Shown piece after piece: positions 36,186 through 45,756 of a DNA stretch of 64,000 nt. Origin of the DNA: a virus; IMG/VR virus record IMGVR_UViG_3300045988_114753, one strand, 5' to 3'. Within the stretch, counting starts at the first letter, position 1, and each line of letters begins with the position of its first letter. Made by a program: the position numbers and the translations under genes. The notes under the pieces were generated by a model, which searched no databases, had not been told where the DNA came from, and worked only from the letters and a program-made list of their open reading frames with translations.

Positions 36186-36416
36186 TCACTCTCCTATTTT
36201 AAAACTAACTTTTTCTACTATTTCACTAAGATAAACAAACCAAGTACCCTCTTTATAATATTCTCTGTTATAACCATATTCATCGTCATGTTTACCTTTA
36301 TATTGCTTATCAATTAAATACACCTTATTTAAAGATATTGGTTCATTTTTTATATCAACTATTGTTGCAATAGTTCCATTAATCAATCTAACTCTATCTT
36401 TAATCTTTAATATCAT
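36186..36416 (-). CDS. hypothetical protein
   Basis: AGAGGT RBS; track ORF. Confidence 0.6.
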   Translation of the reverse strand: MILKIKDRVRLINGTIATIVDIKNEPISLNKVYLIDKQYKGKHDDEYGYNREYYKEGTWFVYLSEIVEKVSFKIGE

Positions 36417-36726
36417 TTATACCTCTTTCTAGTTCTAACATTTTATCTAAAATTGCAACGAACCATTCGGTATCTATAAACACATCTTCTGGTATTTCAG
36501 TTTTAATATATTTTTTTAACTCAGCCCAATTATCTTTTAGTTGTTTATTTTCTTGTTGTAATTGTTCAAATTTTTCTTCATCATTTAGCCAATGACTAAT
36601 TTTGGTTTTACCATCAGTGTAAATACCTTTAATATTACCATTATCACTCTTATAAGTATATAGTAATCTAAAACTATTTTTAACCAAATGCCAGTCATTA
36701 CCCTGTAATCTTTGAAATTTTTCCAT
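36400..36726 (-). CDS. hypothetical protein
   Basis: Track ORF. Confidence 0.6.
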   Translation of the reverse strand: MEKFQRLQGNDWHLVKNSFRLLYTYKSDNGNIKGIYTDGKTKISHWLNDEEKFEQLQQENKQLKDNWAELKKYIKTEIPEDVFIDTEWFVAILDKMLELERGINDIKD

Positions 36727-36747
36727 TATCTACACCATTTCTTTCCG

Positions 36748-37176
36748 TTAATTTTGTTGTTCTTGTAACATTTCAATCTCTTGATTTAATTCTTTTATTT
36801 TATCTTTTAGTCTAGCAATTTCTAATTCCATTGCTCCACCATCTAACCAATGATGTAAATACCCCTCATCAAATTCTCTTTTGTCTATTATCGATTGTCC
36901 AAACAAATCACAGGCACTAGATAATAATCGTTGTAACCTACAAGCTTGTTCTTGATTAAGTTTGCTATATTCTTTGTCTTTATATATTTTACTACACAAA
37001 TCTTCGCCATAATAGCAAACCATATCATAACTGATTTCTCTAATCATTTTTAATACTTCTTGTAGTGTTAAGGTGCTAATAACATATTCTAATACCTTAT
37101 TCATTCTATCTAAATTTAATTCTTTTGCGTAAAAATCTTTACGAGGTTGTATGTCTTTTGTAATTTCATTATCCAT
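36748..37176 (-). CDS. hypothetical coiled-coil protein
   Basis: ATG 37176 after GAGGGTGGA. C-terminal heptad-like IARLKDKIKELNQEIEMLQ. Confidence 0.6.
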   Translation of the reverse strand: MDNEITKDIQPRKDFYAKELNLDRMNKVLEYVISTLTLQEVLKMIREISYDMVCYYGEDLCSKIYKDKEYSKLNQEQACRLQRLLSSACDLFGQSIIDKREFDEGYLHHWLDGGAMELEIARLKDKIKELNQEIEMLQEQQN

Positions 37177-37603
37177 TATCATTTCCACCCTCTATATAAG
37201 AACTATCACTTAGTAGAAAAGTTAATAATGTATCGTCGTCTTTATATATTTCTTCTATTTCTTCTTGATACCAATCTTCGTGGTCTACATAACCATTTCT
37301 ATATTCTTCATAAGTAGGCAATTCAAAATCAATTCCTAGATTATGCAATCTTTCTTGAATTGGTTTTATTTTGTCTTGCAAGTTCTTTTCATTAAAGTCA
37401 TAGCACACTAGACATCTAATCATATATGCCAACTTTTCTTCTATGGTGTCCCAAGTTTCAAATTGCCAACCAAATTCCCCGTACCAATCTGGGTTGACTG
37501 TTATAGGAAGAATATCATACTTCCCGTTCTTATTTTCGCCAACTGTTATGGAATGTGTAGAACTGCTATTGGTTTCAAATACATTATTTCTTATTTTTTT
37601 CAT
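37169..37603 (-). CDS. FETNSSSTH-motif family paralog 6
   Basis: MKKIRNNVFETNSSSTHSIT; EKLAYMIRC; YVDHED; YIEGGND. Confidence 0.7.
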   Translation of the reverse strand: MKKIRNNVFETNSSSTHSITVGENKNGKYDILPITVNPDWYGEFGWQFETWDTIEEKLAYMIRCLVCYDFNEKNLQDKIKPIQERLHNLGIDFELPTYEEYRNGYVDHEDWYQEEIEEIYKDDDTLLTFLLSDSSYIEGGNDNG

Positions 37604-38009
37604 TCTTCTCTGCTCCTTTGATTATTTCTTTAACATCTGCCTTTATTTGTTTCTCGGCACTCTTTTTAAGTCGCTCAATCTCTTTATCTCTTTTTGATAA
37701 TGTTGATTGTACTTCTTCCAAGGTTTCATTTAAGGCTCTTATTTCCACTTTTAACTCTGCTATTTCTTTCTTTTGTTCCTTTGTTAAATTATAAGTTTCG
37801 CCATACAAATCGTGATAATAAATATATTGGTCAAAGCCTTTTCCTTTTTCTTCTAATAGACTAATGTATTTTTTAACTACATCATCATATTCCCCTTTTA
37901 ACTTTTTATAATCTTCCTTATCGTGTTTTCTTTTCTTTCTTAACTGCTTATTCTCTTCAAGTATAGTGTCCTCGTCCCCTTCTCCAAAAAAATCTTTAAA
38001 TATACTCAT
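37584..38009 (-). CDS. hypothetical coiled-coil protein
   Basis: Lys/Glu-rich heptad pattern. Confidence 0.6.
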   Translation of the reverse strand: MSIFKDFFGEGDEDTILEENKQLRKKRKHDKEDYKKLKGEYDDVVKKYISLLEEKGKGFDQYIYYHDLYGETYNLTKEQKKEIAELKVEIRALNETLEEVQSTLSKRDKEIERLKKSAEKQIKADVKEIIKGAEKNEKNKK

Positions 38010-38024
38010 AATATTTCCTCTCTT

Positions 38025-38558
38025 TTATTTTAATAATTTCTTTATTTCTTTTTCTGCAAGCACTTTTCGTTCTTGCGTATCGTCTGCGTCTAAACCAAAT
38101 CTACGATACCTATATTGTTGATTAAGTTTCTTTGTTGTTTTTCGTATTTCCGTTAAAAAGAATGGTCTTTGTGTTTCTATTGCTAATTTATTTCTATGTG
38201 TACTATATGTTTTCTTAATTTCATAATCATTACACAAACCTCTTCTTATTAATCTTTTTTGCTTAATCAACTTAATCATTTTAGCACATTCTTTAGCCGA
38301 CAAATTATTGTTTTCAATATAATGTAGTAAGTCGCTTAACTCCTCATCTACTTGTGATTGTAAATTAGGGAGGTCGTTAAAATAATCATCTATATCTTTT
38401 AACATTTCCTCAACACCTAATATTTGTGAAACAATAGGAGAGAAAGATGTGTCGGTTTCCTCCGTTTCTCCTCCGTTTTGTTCTAATTCTTGTTCTTTCA
38501 TTTGATATGACAATTCTTCCAAACTTATACCAACTTTATCAAGTTCCGTTTCCGTCAT
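38025..38558 (-). CDS. hypothetical protein
   Basis: Track ORF. Confidence 0.6.
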   Translation of the reverse strand: MTETELDKVGISLEELSYQMKEQELEQNGGETEETDTSFSPIVSQILGVEEMLKDIDDYFNDLPNLQSQVDEELSDLLHYIENNNLSAKECAKMIKLIKQKRLIRRGLCNDYEIKKTYSTHRNKLAIETQRPFFLTEIRKTTKKLNQQYRYRRFGLDADDTQERKVLAEKEIKKLLK

Positions 38559-38569
38559 TCTTATACCTC

Positions 38570-39472
38570 CTAGTCTTCTTCTATATTTCTAAATGCGTCT
38601 TCATTTAACATAGCCATTTTTATTGCGTCCTCTTTAGAGTGAGAATAGTTATTTGTAGTAGCCATATTTGAATGCCCCGCCATATCTCTCACTACTTGTA
38701 TAGGTACTCCTTTATTAAGTTTTCCAGTAATAAAGCCGTGTCTTAATTTGTGTGGGGACATTTCGTCGCTCCAATACAAACCAATTCTACTAGCACAAGT
38801 TTTTAAACTTTTTGAAAAACTTTGCCTTGTCAAAACATTTCCCTCGTCGCCAATAAACAACAAGTCAGTCTTTACTCCAGTTCTTTCCACAATATGTTTC
38901 CTTTTATTGTTAATAAAATCTTTACATATTTTAGCACAAGATGGTGTAAACCATATAGTTCTTTCCTTTCCACCTTTACCCTCAACAACTGCAAAACCTC
39001 TTTCAATATCAGCACAATTAATTTGTATCATTTCTTTAAAACGAACTCCAGTGCATTGCATTACCGATATACCTGCCCTCACTCTTTCATTTGACGACAT
39101 TCTAATCATTTGCTCTGCTATATCTCCGTCTGCATATTTTCTTTCTTTATGTGGTGTCTTTGCAAGAGGTATATTTCCAATTTTTCTATCAACTAATATA
39201 TCTTTTTCAGTTTCAAGATATGAATAAATTTGTTTTATTGCACTTAATTTATTATTTCTAGTAGACGGCTCGTTTCCTTTATCTACTTGTTTAGAAAGCC
39301 AGTCTTTGATAATTTGTGCGTTTACATTTATGAAAGTTTTATAATCTTTAATATTCATTTCTTCACAAAATTCTTTAATATGATTGATATATAAGTCTAC
39401 ACTATTACTATTTCTACCCTCAATGTCAACCTTGTAAGTTTTAAATTCTTTTAGTAAAATTTCCATATTCAT
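38570..39472 (-). CDS. tyrosine recombinase (XerC/D / phage-integrase family)
   Basis: GVRFKE (Arg I), HKLRHGF, GHSNMATTNNYSH (catalytic Tyr). ATG 39472 after GAGGGAGGTG. Confidence 0.8.
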   Translation of the reverse strand: MNMEILLKEFKTYKVDIEGRNSNSVDLYINHIKEFCEEMNIKDYKTFINVNAQIIKDWLSKQVDKGNEPSTRNNKLSAIKQIYSYLETEKDILVDRKIGNIPLAKTPHKERKYADGDIAEQMIRMSSNERVRAGISVMQCTGVRFKEMIQINCADIERGFAVVEGKGGKERTIWFTPSCAKICKDFINNKRKHIVERTGVKTDLLFIGDEGNVLTRQSFSKSLKTCASRIGLYWSDEMSPHKLRHGFITGKLNKGVPIQVVRDMAGHSNMATTNNYSHSKEDAIKMAMLNEDAFRNIEED

Positions 39473-39520
39473 ATTTATTTCACCTCCCTCTATCTTCATT
39501 AATAGAATACTATATTTTTA

Positions 39521-39826
39521 TTACTTTGTCAAGTTATATTTGCCAATTTTCTCTAAATCTAATTGATATAGGGGATAAATGCAAAAACCACTAGCCTTGT
39601 ATTCTCCCGTTGGTAGCCCAAAATCATTGTCTACTAAAAAGTCTTCAGCCCAAGAACAATTATTGGTGTCAATATAAGCCATATTTTTTTCCAATAAGTC
39701 CCCAAGGTTGACTGTTATAATAGCCAATGGTGTACCGTCTTCGCATACTAATTCTAGTGCCGTGTTATTATTTGAATAACTCCTTATATTCATTTCTTTA
39801 ATATTATAATTTTTTACTCTTAACAT
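39521..39826 (-). CDS. hypothetical protein
   Basis: Track ORF. Confidence 0.6.
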   Translation of the reverse strand: MLRVKNYNIKEMNIRSYSNNNTALELVCEDGTPLAIITVNLGDLLEKNMAYIDTNNCSWAEDFLVDNDFGLPTGEYKASGFCIYPLYQLDLEKIGKYNLTK

Positions 39827-40017
39827 TATTTTCCCTCCTTAATCAATACAATTTTATAGAAAGTTCCGTCAAAACTAACTTTAACCTCTTTATTTATTAT
39901 TTGCTTTACTGCATCAACTTGCTCTTGAAAGAACACATAAGTATTTCCTTTATCTTTCAATTCTTCAACTGCGTCCTTTACAATACCCCTAAAATAAGCA
40001 TTTTCTTCCTCTAACAT
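39826..40017 (-). CDS. hypothetical protein
   Basis: Track ORF. Confidence 0.6.
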   Translation of the reverse strand: MLEEENAYFRGIVKDAVEELKDKGNTYVFFQEQVDAVKQIINKEVKVSFDGTFYKIVLIKEGK

Positions 40018-40028
40018 AAATTTCCTCC

Positions 40029-40523
40029 TTATTTTATCTTATAATTATCTTTATTTCTAAATTCGCCTTTAATGATACCCTCAATCGTTGTGTGGCTAAC
40101 TCCATACATTTCTGCCAACTTACGATAACTAATTTTAGTTGTAGGGTCATTCTTTTGCAACCTATTTTCTTTTGATTTTAGGTATATTTCTTTAATTTCT
40201 TCCACCTCTTTATCAGTTAATTTAGCTGAACTACTATTTTCGCCTTGCTTAATCATTTTGATTTTAAAAGGTCTTAAATTGTTAATACTGCAATCTTTTT
40301 CTTCTCCGTTAATATGTTGAATAATTATAGTCCTATCGTTGAAATTAAAGTTTTTAAAATTGAAAGCATAATATACAAAACGGGCATAATTCACTACTCT
40401 TTTCTTCTTTTGCTTTCCCCATTTTATAGAGATTTGCTTATTATTATTTAACTCTTTTCCACTTAAACCTATAATTTTACCATTTTCAAAAATTGTATAA
40501 CCCCATAACTCTACTTTCTTCAT
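40029..40523 (-). CDS. HNH homing endonuclease with C-terminal HTH
   Basis: IIQHINGEEKDCSINNL (HNH_3-like). C-terminal ISYRKLAEMYGVSHTTIEGI. Confidence 0.6.
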   Translation of the reverse strand: MKKVELWGYTIFENGKIIGLSGKELNNNKQISIKWGKQKKKRVVNYARFVYYAFNFKNFNFNDRTIIIQHINGEEKDCSINNLRPFKIKMIKQGENSSSAKLTDKEVEEIKEIYLKSKENRLQKNDPTTKISYRKLAEMYGVSHTTIEGIIKGEFRNKDNYKIK

Positions 40524-40524
40524 A

Positions 40525-40764
40525 CTATTTCCCCTCTATATAATTATTTAATTTATCTATTCCTAGTGTGAATATTGTAGCAAAATCTACATACACACTA
40601 TCTTTGTCTTTCCTATAAAATTTAACTCTTTTCTTATTATTACTTACCTTATAACCCCCAATTTTTTTCATTGCTCTTGCAATAGCCAAGTCTTGTGAAA
40701 TATCTTTACACATTTCATAAAATTCAAACTTTCCATATTTTTTTATAAAATCGGTGTTATTCAT
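40525..40764 (-). CDS. hypothetical protein
   Basis: Track ORF. Confidence 0.6.
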   Translation of the reverse strand: MNNTDFIKKYGKFEFYEMCKDISQDLAIARAMKKIGGYKVSNNKKRVKFYRKDKDSVYVDFATIFTLGIDKLNNYIEGK

Positions 40765-40767
40765 AAG

Positions 40768-40857
40768 TTAATTTCCTCTCTCGTCTTCTTCGTCGTCGTC
40801 CTTTACAATTCCATTTAATAGTCCACTTAAACCCCACATAATTAATAAATCTAACAT
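40768..40857 (-). CDS. 29-aa micro-ORF, TAATG-coupled
   Basis: AGGAGGAAAAATA-ATG overlaps the upstream stop. Translates to MLDLLIMWGLSGLLNGIVKDDDEEDERGN. Confidence 0.4.
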   Translation of the reverse strand: MLDLLIMWGLSGLLNGIVKDDDEEDERGN

Positions 40858-41117
40858 TATTTTTCCTCCTCTGTGTTTTCTAATTCTTTGTTAATATATA
40901 TTAATTCGTCATTTAATTTTTCTAGGTCGTAATTACATAATCTTATTCTGTTTTCTACTTCTATTTTACGACGACCCAATTCTATTTTTCTAGCATTTAA
41001 CATTGTTTGTTCACTTTTCATTTTTGGAAAGCCCTCTTTTAAATATTTATCTAGGGTAGGTCTTGATATACCCATTGCCTTTGCTAGAGAACTTTTAGTC
41101 AACTTCTCGTTTGCCAT
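40857..41117 (-). CDS. HTH DNA-binding protein
   Basis: LTKSSLAKAMGISRPTLDKYLKEG. Confidence 0.65.
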   Translation of the reverse strand: MANEKLTKSSLAKAMGISRPTLDKYLKEGFPKMKSEQTMLNARKIELGRRKIEVENRIRLCNYDLEKLNDELIYINKELENTEEEK

Positions 41118-41127
41118 TTTTTACCTC

Positions 41128-41616
41128 CTAACAAGTGATTTCTATACCACAAATTTCTCCGTCTTTCATATAAAGTTCTGCTACATATTCTCCGTCGCCA
41201 CAACTTGTATTTACCCACACACCATTGTCGTCAGTTATATTAGCACCTCTTCTTAAAGTTTTAGTAAAATCACAAATATTTTTGTCATACCAATCTTCGT
41301 CTATCTTATTTTCAAAATGATATTTTTCATAATAATCTTTATCAAATATTCCAATAGTACCACTATCAACTCCTAAAGACGCACTATCTACCACCTCGTC
41401 ATAATCATTAAATATAGTCATACCATAATCTTCGTGTGCTACACTTAATATCACTTGTTGTTCCATTCCGTCTTCAAACTCGTTATATTCATAATCAATA
41501 ACCCAGTTTCCACTTTTAACTTTCTTTAATAATTGTTGACACCAAGTTGTTATATCATAACAAGGGTCAGTAAGATAAACTTCTTTTCCTAATTTAATTA
41601 CTTTATTTGTTTCCAT
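41128..41616 (-). CDS. hypothetical protein
   Basis: Track ORF. Confidence 0.6.
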   Translation of the reverse strand: METNKVIKLGKEVYLTDPCYDITTWCQQLLKKVKSGNWVIDYEYNEFEDGMEQQVILSVAHEDYGMTIFNDYDEVVDSASLGVDSGTIGIFDKDYYEKYHFENKIDEDWYDKNICDFTKTLRRGANITDDNGVWVNTSCGDGEYVAELYMKDGEICGIEITC

Positions 41617-41726
41617 ATTATTTTTTCTCCTTTTCCTTTACTTTTTGTTCTAAATTATCATACAATATATCTAGTCTATCAAATAATTTGTCAAATTTTT
41701 CTACAAGTTCTTTGTCTACTGCCATA

Positions 41727-42005
41727 TTAATTTTCTTTATGCTTTCTTATTCCGTCCCAGATATATTCAATTAAAATTTCAGTTAAACTTTCTCCAAAAT
41801 AATCGCTATCAATTACATTATTTGCAATACTTTGTAAATCTTGTAGTGTCAATATCTTTCCATTATTTTCGTTGTGTCTTTCTTTTTCCATATAATCATA
41901 AGAATATTCGTTATAAACCTCTAATAATATTCCGTTATATAAACTATCTCCTATATTATTGTGTGTTTCTATATAATCACATACTTCCTTATATAATTCT
42001 TTCAT
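41727..42005 (-). CDS. hypothetical protein
   Basis: Track ORF. Confidence 0.6.
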   Translation of the reverse strand: MKELYKEVCDYIETHNNIGDSLYNGILLEVYNEYSYDYMEKERHNENNGKILTLQDLQSIANNVIDSDYFGESLTEILIEYIWDGIRKHKEN

Positions 42006-42007
42006 AA

Positions 42008-42166
42008 TTATTCTTCCTCCATATTCTCTAATTCTTCTAACTCTGCTAGTAACTCTTCCTTTTCGCCTTTACAACCAAAAGTGCAACAAACCTTATCTCT
42101 TTCTTCAATATATTCTAATTGCTTTTTGATTTCGTTTATTCTTTCTTCAATTTTGCTTTCTTTCAT
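42008..42166 (-). CDS. 52-aa hypothetical protein (below track cut-off)
   Basis: GGAGGTG RBS inside the upstream gene end. Translates to MKESKIEERINEIKKQLEY... Confidence 0.45.
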   Translation of the reverse strand: MKESKIEERINEIKKQLEYIEERDKVCCTFGCKGEKEELLAELEELENMEEE

Positions 42167-42171
42167 TCTCT

Positions 42172-42423
42172 TTACACCTCCACATAATCATAACAATCGC
42201 TAGGTATCTCAAACCAATCAAATTCATTTAATCTTTCGTCTGCTAATATATCGTCAACTTGCCAGTCTAATTCTCCCTCGTCAAAATATTTATTCTTTAC
42301 TTCGTTAATTGCTTGTTGAAATTCTTTTATAGTATGTTTGTTATTTAACATAATCACACCATAACTTACATTTTCGTCCCCACAATCATTAATTCTAACT
42401 GCTCTATAATCTTCTATATTCAT
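42172..42423 (-). CDS. hypothetical acidic protein
   Basis: Track ORF. Confidence 0.6.
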   Translation of the reverse strand: MNIEDYRAVRINDCGDENVSYGVIMLNNKHTIKEFQQAINEVKNKYFDEGELDWQVDDILADERLNEFDWFEIPSDCYDYVEV

Positions 42424-42433
42424 AATTTCCTCC

Positions 42434-42943
42434 TTAATTATAACACATAATTGACTTCAATGGTCTATTTAATTCCATTAATCTCAAAATTATTTCGTCA
42501 ATGCCGTCAATATAATGGTCTTCACTTTCTTTTATTTTTTCTATAAATTTGCCATTTCTATAAATATTATTTCCTACTGCATAATAATATTCTTGTTCGT
42601 CGTATGGGTGGGAAGATTTCACATAAACTTCGCCATCTTCACTAATGCCCGTGTTATATTTAACATAGTTATACATATTCACTAACACAAAGTCTAAACT
42701 TCCGTCATTGTCCCAAACTTCCACATCTCCTAACACTACTAAACTATCTTCTTTTTGTTGTATAGTAGCACAAATGCTTTTATAATTTATATCTATAACA
42801 CCTCTAGTATCTCTTAAATCGTTCGTGATATTATATCTAGGGTTATCATAAATTAATTCTACCAATGTATTTATGTCTTTCACACCCTTTATAGTAGTTC
42901 TTAATTCGTTAAAGTCTTCTAAACCTTTTTGAATACTTATCAT
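42434..42943 (-). CDS. hypothetical protein
   Basis: ATG 42943 (MISIQKG) with AGGGGAAG RBS. The track start would overlap the upstream gene by 79 nt. Confidence 0.6.
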   Translation of the reverse strand: MISIQKGLEDFNELRTTIKGVKDINTLVELIYDNPRYNITNDLRDTRGVIDINYKSICATIQQKEDSLVVLGDVEVWDNDGSLDFVLVNMYNYVKYNTGISEDGEVYVKSSHPYDEQEYYYAVGNNIYRNGKFIEKIKESEDHYIDGIDEIILRLMELNRPLKSIMCYN

Positions 42944-43191
42944 TCTATATCTTCCCCTTTCCAAGTTATCTTTCCGTTTTTTAAATAGAACTTGTCTTTT
43001 ACATATTCTTCTAAACATTCGTATAAGCCTTTTGAACTATCGTTATAATTACTTTCTTCAAAGTCAACTGCAACTTTCTTACAAAATTCGTATGCTAGGT
43101 CGTCTTCATAAGGTAATATACCTTTTAATAAATCTCTGCCTAATACAAACACACTATAATAATATGTATCTGCATAATTTTCAAATCTCAT
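42940..43191 (-). CDS. hypothetical protein
   Basis: Track ORF. Confidence 0.6.
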   Translation of the reverse strand: MRFENYADTYYYSVFVLGRDLLKGILPYEDDLAYEFCKKVAVDFEESNYNDSSKGLYECLEEYVKDKFYLKNGKITWKGEDIE

Positions 43192-43200
43192 AATTCCCTC

Positions 43201-43416
43201 CTAAATACTATCGTCAACACTTATTATTTCTAATATTTGCCACTCGTTTTCCATTATATCTTTGTTTTTAATACATTCTTCTATATCGTCTTTTGAAAGT
43301 CCATAGAAGAAAATACATTCGTCTTCTTTTTCACTATCGCTACAATCAAATGCTTTAATTGTCCCTACGAACTCGGTATCGTCGTCAACCCATTTTAATC
43401 TACAAGTAGTATACAT
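43201..43416 (-). CDS. hypothetical acidic protein
   Basis: Track ORF. Confidence 0.6.
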   Translation of the reverse strand: MYTTCRLKWVDDDTEFVGTIKAFDCSDSEKEDECIFFYGLSKDDIEECIKNKDIMENEWQILEIISVDDSI

Positions 43417-43419
43417 AAG

Positions 43420-43758
43420 TTATTCCTCCTCGTTCAAGATTTCTAGTAGGTCTTCTCCAACTAAATCATATTGAATATTTCTACTTAATATATATTCTCT
43501 AATCTTATCTTCTTTAGATTTCTTGTTGTTAATTTCATTAAATGCTCTTAAAAAGTCGCTCATAAAATCTACAAAATCACTAAACTCACTTTTACTTATA
43601 TCTTGCATAGTATAATCATAATCTTCTCCACTAATATAATTATACCATTTATCAAGGTTGTCATAATGATAATCATATACTCTATTAAAATCTTCGCTTG
43701 TATTATCTCCTAAATTCCAACCATACTCTTGCATTTTTTCAAATATTTTATCTTTCAT
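43420..43758 (-). CDS. hypothetical acidic protein
   Basis: Track ORF. Confidence 0.6.
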   Translation of the reverse strand: MKDKIFEKMQEYGWNLGDNTSEDFNRVYDYHYDNLDKWYNYISGEDYDYTMQDISKSEFSDFVDFMSDFLRAFNEINNKKSKEDKIREYILSRNIQYDLVGEDLLEILNEEE

Positions 43759-43939
43759 TTGTTTTTCCTCCTAACTCTATAACATAATCATTATAATATT
43801 TAAAACTATCAAATGTTCCACCATATTTTGCACTATAATTAAATACACTTACATATTTATTTTCGTCTTTGCACTTTGTATAATGTACTATTCTATCTCC
43901 GTTACTATCTACTAAATCTTTTAAAAACATTCTTTCCAT
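43748..43939 (-). CDS. hypothetical protein
   Basis: ATG 43939 after GAGGGG. Confidence 0.55.
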   Translation of the reverse strand: MERMFLKDLVDSNGDRIVHYTKCKDENKYVSVFNYSAKYGGTFDSFKYYNDYVIELGGKTNER

Positions 43940-43940
43940 T

Positions 43941-44387
43941 TTACCCCTCACTTTCGTTAAGTTCTTTTAATACACTTATCAAACTATCATATTCTGCATA
44001 TAGGTCATTTAATGTGTAGTTATTAATTTTAGCATAATTTATCAAGTTCATTATTCTATCTTTTATATCGCTAATATCATTAATAAAAATACTATCGTCG
44101 CCACCACTATAACTATAAATATCAACTTCTCCACTTACATACCAATCATTTTCTTTATTATTAGTATCAAAGTTTTTATCACTTATAAAAATAGTAGCAT
44201 TGTAACCAAAAGCATTTATAGGTATATAACCATTTTCTTTCCAATCTTCAATAGTAGCACCACAACTCACATCAAATTCGTCATTGTCAATTACTGCTTG
44301 TATCCCACCTTTGTCAAGTAATTCCTTTACTCTTTTATAGCCGTCGTATGCTAATTTATAATCAAAATATTTTCTTGTATCTTCCAT
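43941..44387 (-). CDS. hypothetical protein
   Basis: Track ORF. Confidence 0.6.
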   Translation of the reverse strand: MEDTRKYFDYKLAYDGYKRVKELLDKGGIQAVIDNDEFDVSCGATIEDWKENGYIPINAFGYNATIFISDKNFDTNNKENDWYVSGEVDIYSYSGGDDSIFINDISDIKDRIMNLINYAKINNYTLNDLYAEYDSLISVLKELNESEG

Positions 44388-44435
44388 TTTAATCTTCCTT
44401 TCTCTTTACACTTACATTATATTATATAATAATTG

Positions 44436-44921
44436 TTATTTAGAACTCTTAATAAAATTTTCAATGATTTTTCCGTTCCCTTTGCCAAGATAGTATGGGT
44501 TTTCTTTATTTTTTTCTTTACATACACTATATACAACATTTTTAATGTCATATAATTCACTGCCAAATAAATCAATATATTCTTCAATATAACTGCCACC
44601 TAATATATTTTCCAACATTTGAAACATACAATCTAGGTCGTTTTTATGATAATATTCACTATCATAATCTATCTTTGATATAATAGCATAAGTTCCATTG
44701 ACACCATTTTCAACATAATTTCTTGCATATTCTAATGCCTTATTATAATCTAACTTAAATGCCACATTTTCGTCATAATAACCATATTGTTTGTCATAAA
44801 CACTATTATAACAATCATAATCTTCGTGTTCTTCGTCTTTAGTCCATAACACACCAACCTCAACTTTGTAAATGTCAAATTTATAATTATAATAATTGTT
44901 TTCTATCTCTATCTTATTCAT
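44436..44921 (-). CDS. hypothetical protein
   Basis: Track ORF. Confidence 0.6.
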   Translation of the reverse strand: MNKIEIENNYYNYKFDIYKVEVGVLWTKDEEHEDYDCYNSVYDKQYGYYDENVAFKLDYNKALEYARNYVENGVNGTYAIISKIDYDSEYYHKNDLDCMFQMLENILGGSYIEEYIDLFGSELYDIKNVVYSVCKEKNKENPYYLGKGNGKIIENFIKSSK

Positions 44922-44932
44922 ATTATACCTCC

Positions 44933-45277
44933 TTATTCATTTATAAAATCTTCGTCTTCGTACCAAAAATAATCTAGGTCAAAGCAAGTCATACAACTTA
45001 AATCTTTACCAACTTCATAATCTCCGTCAACACAACGACATATATATACCTTATCGCCGTCAACTTTATGTTCTAATGATTTAACTCTTAAATCTTCTTT
45101 ATCTAATGTTTTATAGAAGTCATAATATATATCTTCAACATTGCTTATTGCATTATCTAATTTACTAATGTTTTCTTCCATTTGTCCCGAACAATGGTCT
45201 ATACAACCATTTTCTCTTATATCTCTTAAATATTCATAACTTCTTTTTAATTCTGCTAATATCTCTTTATTAGTCAT
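44933..45277 (-). CDS. hypothetical protein
   Basis: Track ORF. Confidence 0.6.
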   Translation of the reverse strand: MTNKEILAELKRSYEYLRDIRENGCIDHCSGQMEENISKLDNAISNVEDIYYDFYKTLDKEDLRVKSLEHKVDGDKVYICRCVDGDYEVGKDLSCMTCFDLDYFWYEDEDFINE

Positions 45278-45449
45278 TATTTACCACCTCTTTTTCTGCT
45301 TGAATTTCTTTATAATTAATTGCGTCTTCTAAATATAATTTAATATAATCTAAATCTTCAATAAAATGTTCTTCTTGCATTTTGTTAATGTCTGCTATAA
45401 CTTCACAAATTTTATTTAAAACATTTTGTATTATAATATTATTCTGCAT
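45270..45449 (-). CDS. hypothetical protein
   Basis: ATG 45449 after GAGGTG. Confidence 0.55.
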   Translation of the reverse strand: MQNNIIIQNVLNKICEVIADINKMQEEHFIEDLDYIKLYLEDAINYKEIQAEKEVVNND

Positions 45450-45747
45450 TATCAAACACCTCAATCTTTTCTAAAACTATCATATAATAATCGTCATATA
45501 TCTCAATGCCCTCGTTATAAACTCTACAAGCACCAAGTATATTTTTATTTTCTAATAAATCTAAATCAACTTCTTGTATGAACCAGTCGTACTCGCCGTC
45601 GCTTTGTGTTATAGTTCTTTCCAAATAGTTGTTATATTCCGTAACTGCTTGTTCTTTGTTGTTATATAGTGCTATTAATTTAGTGTTTACTAATAAATCT
45701 TTCAAGTTTCTACACTCGTCAGTATAACTTTCATATAATAAATACAT
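45439..45747 (-). CDS. hypothetical protein
   Basis: Track ORF. Confidence 0.6.
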   Translation of the reverse strand: MYLLYESYTDECRNLKDLLVNTKLIALYNNKEQAVTEYNNYLERTITQSDGEYDWFIQEVDLDLLENKNILGACRVYNEGIEIYDDYYMIVLEKIEVFDNAE

Positions 45748-45756
45748 AATTTCCTC

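Noticed and set aside
38570-39472. The tyrosine recombinase as evidence that this is an integrated prophage with att sites in the window.
   Set aside because: No flanking bacterial genes, no attL/attR-like direct repeats and no repressor/Cro switch are visible. The gene sits mid-operon among early genes, so it may act in dimer resolution or another recombination role.
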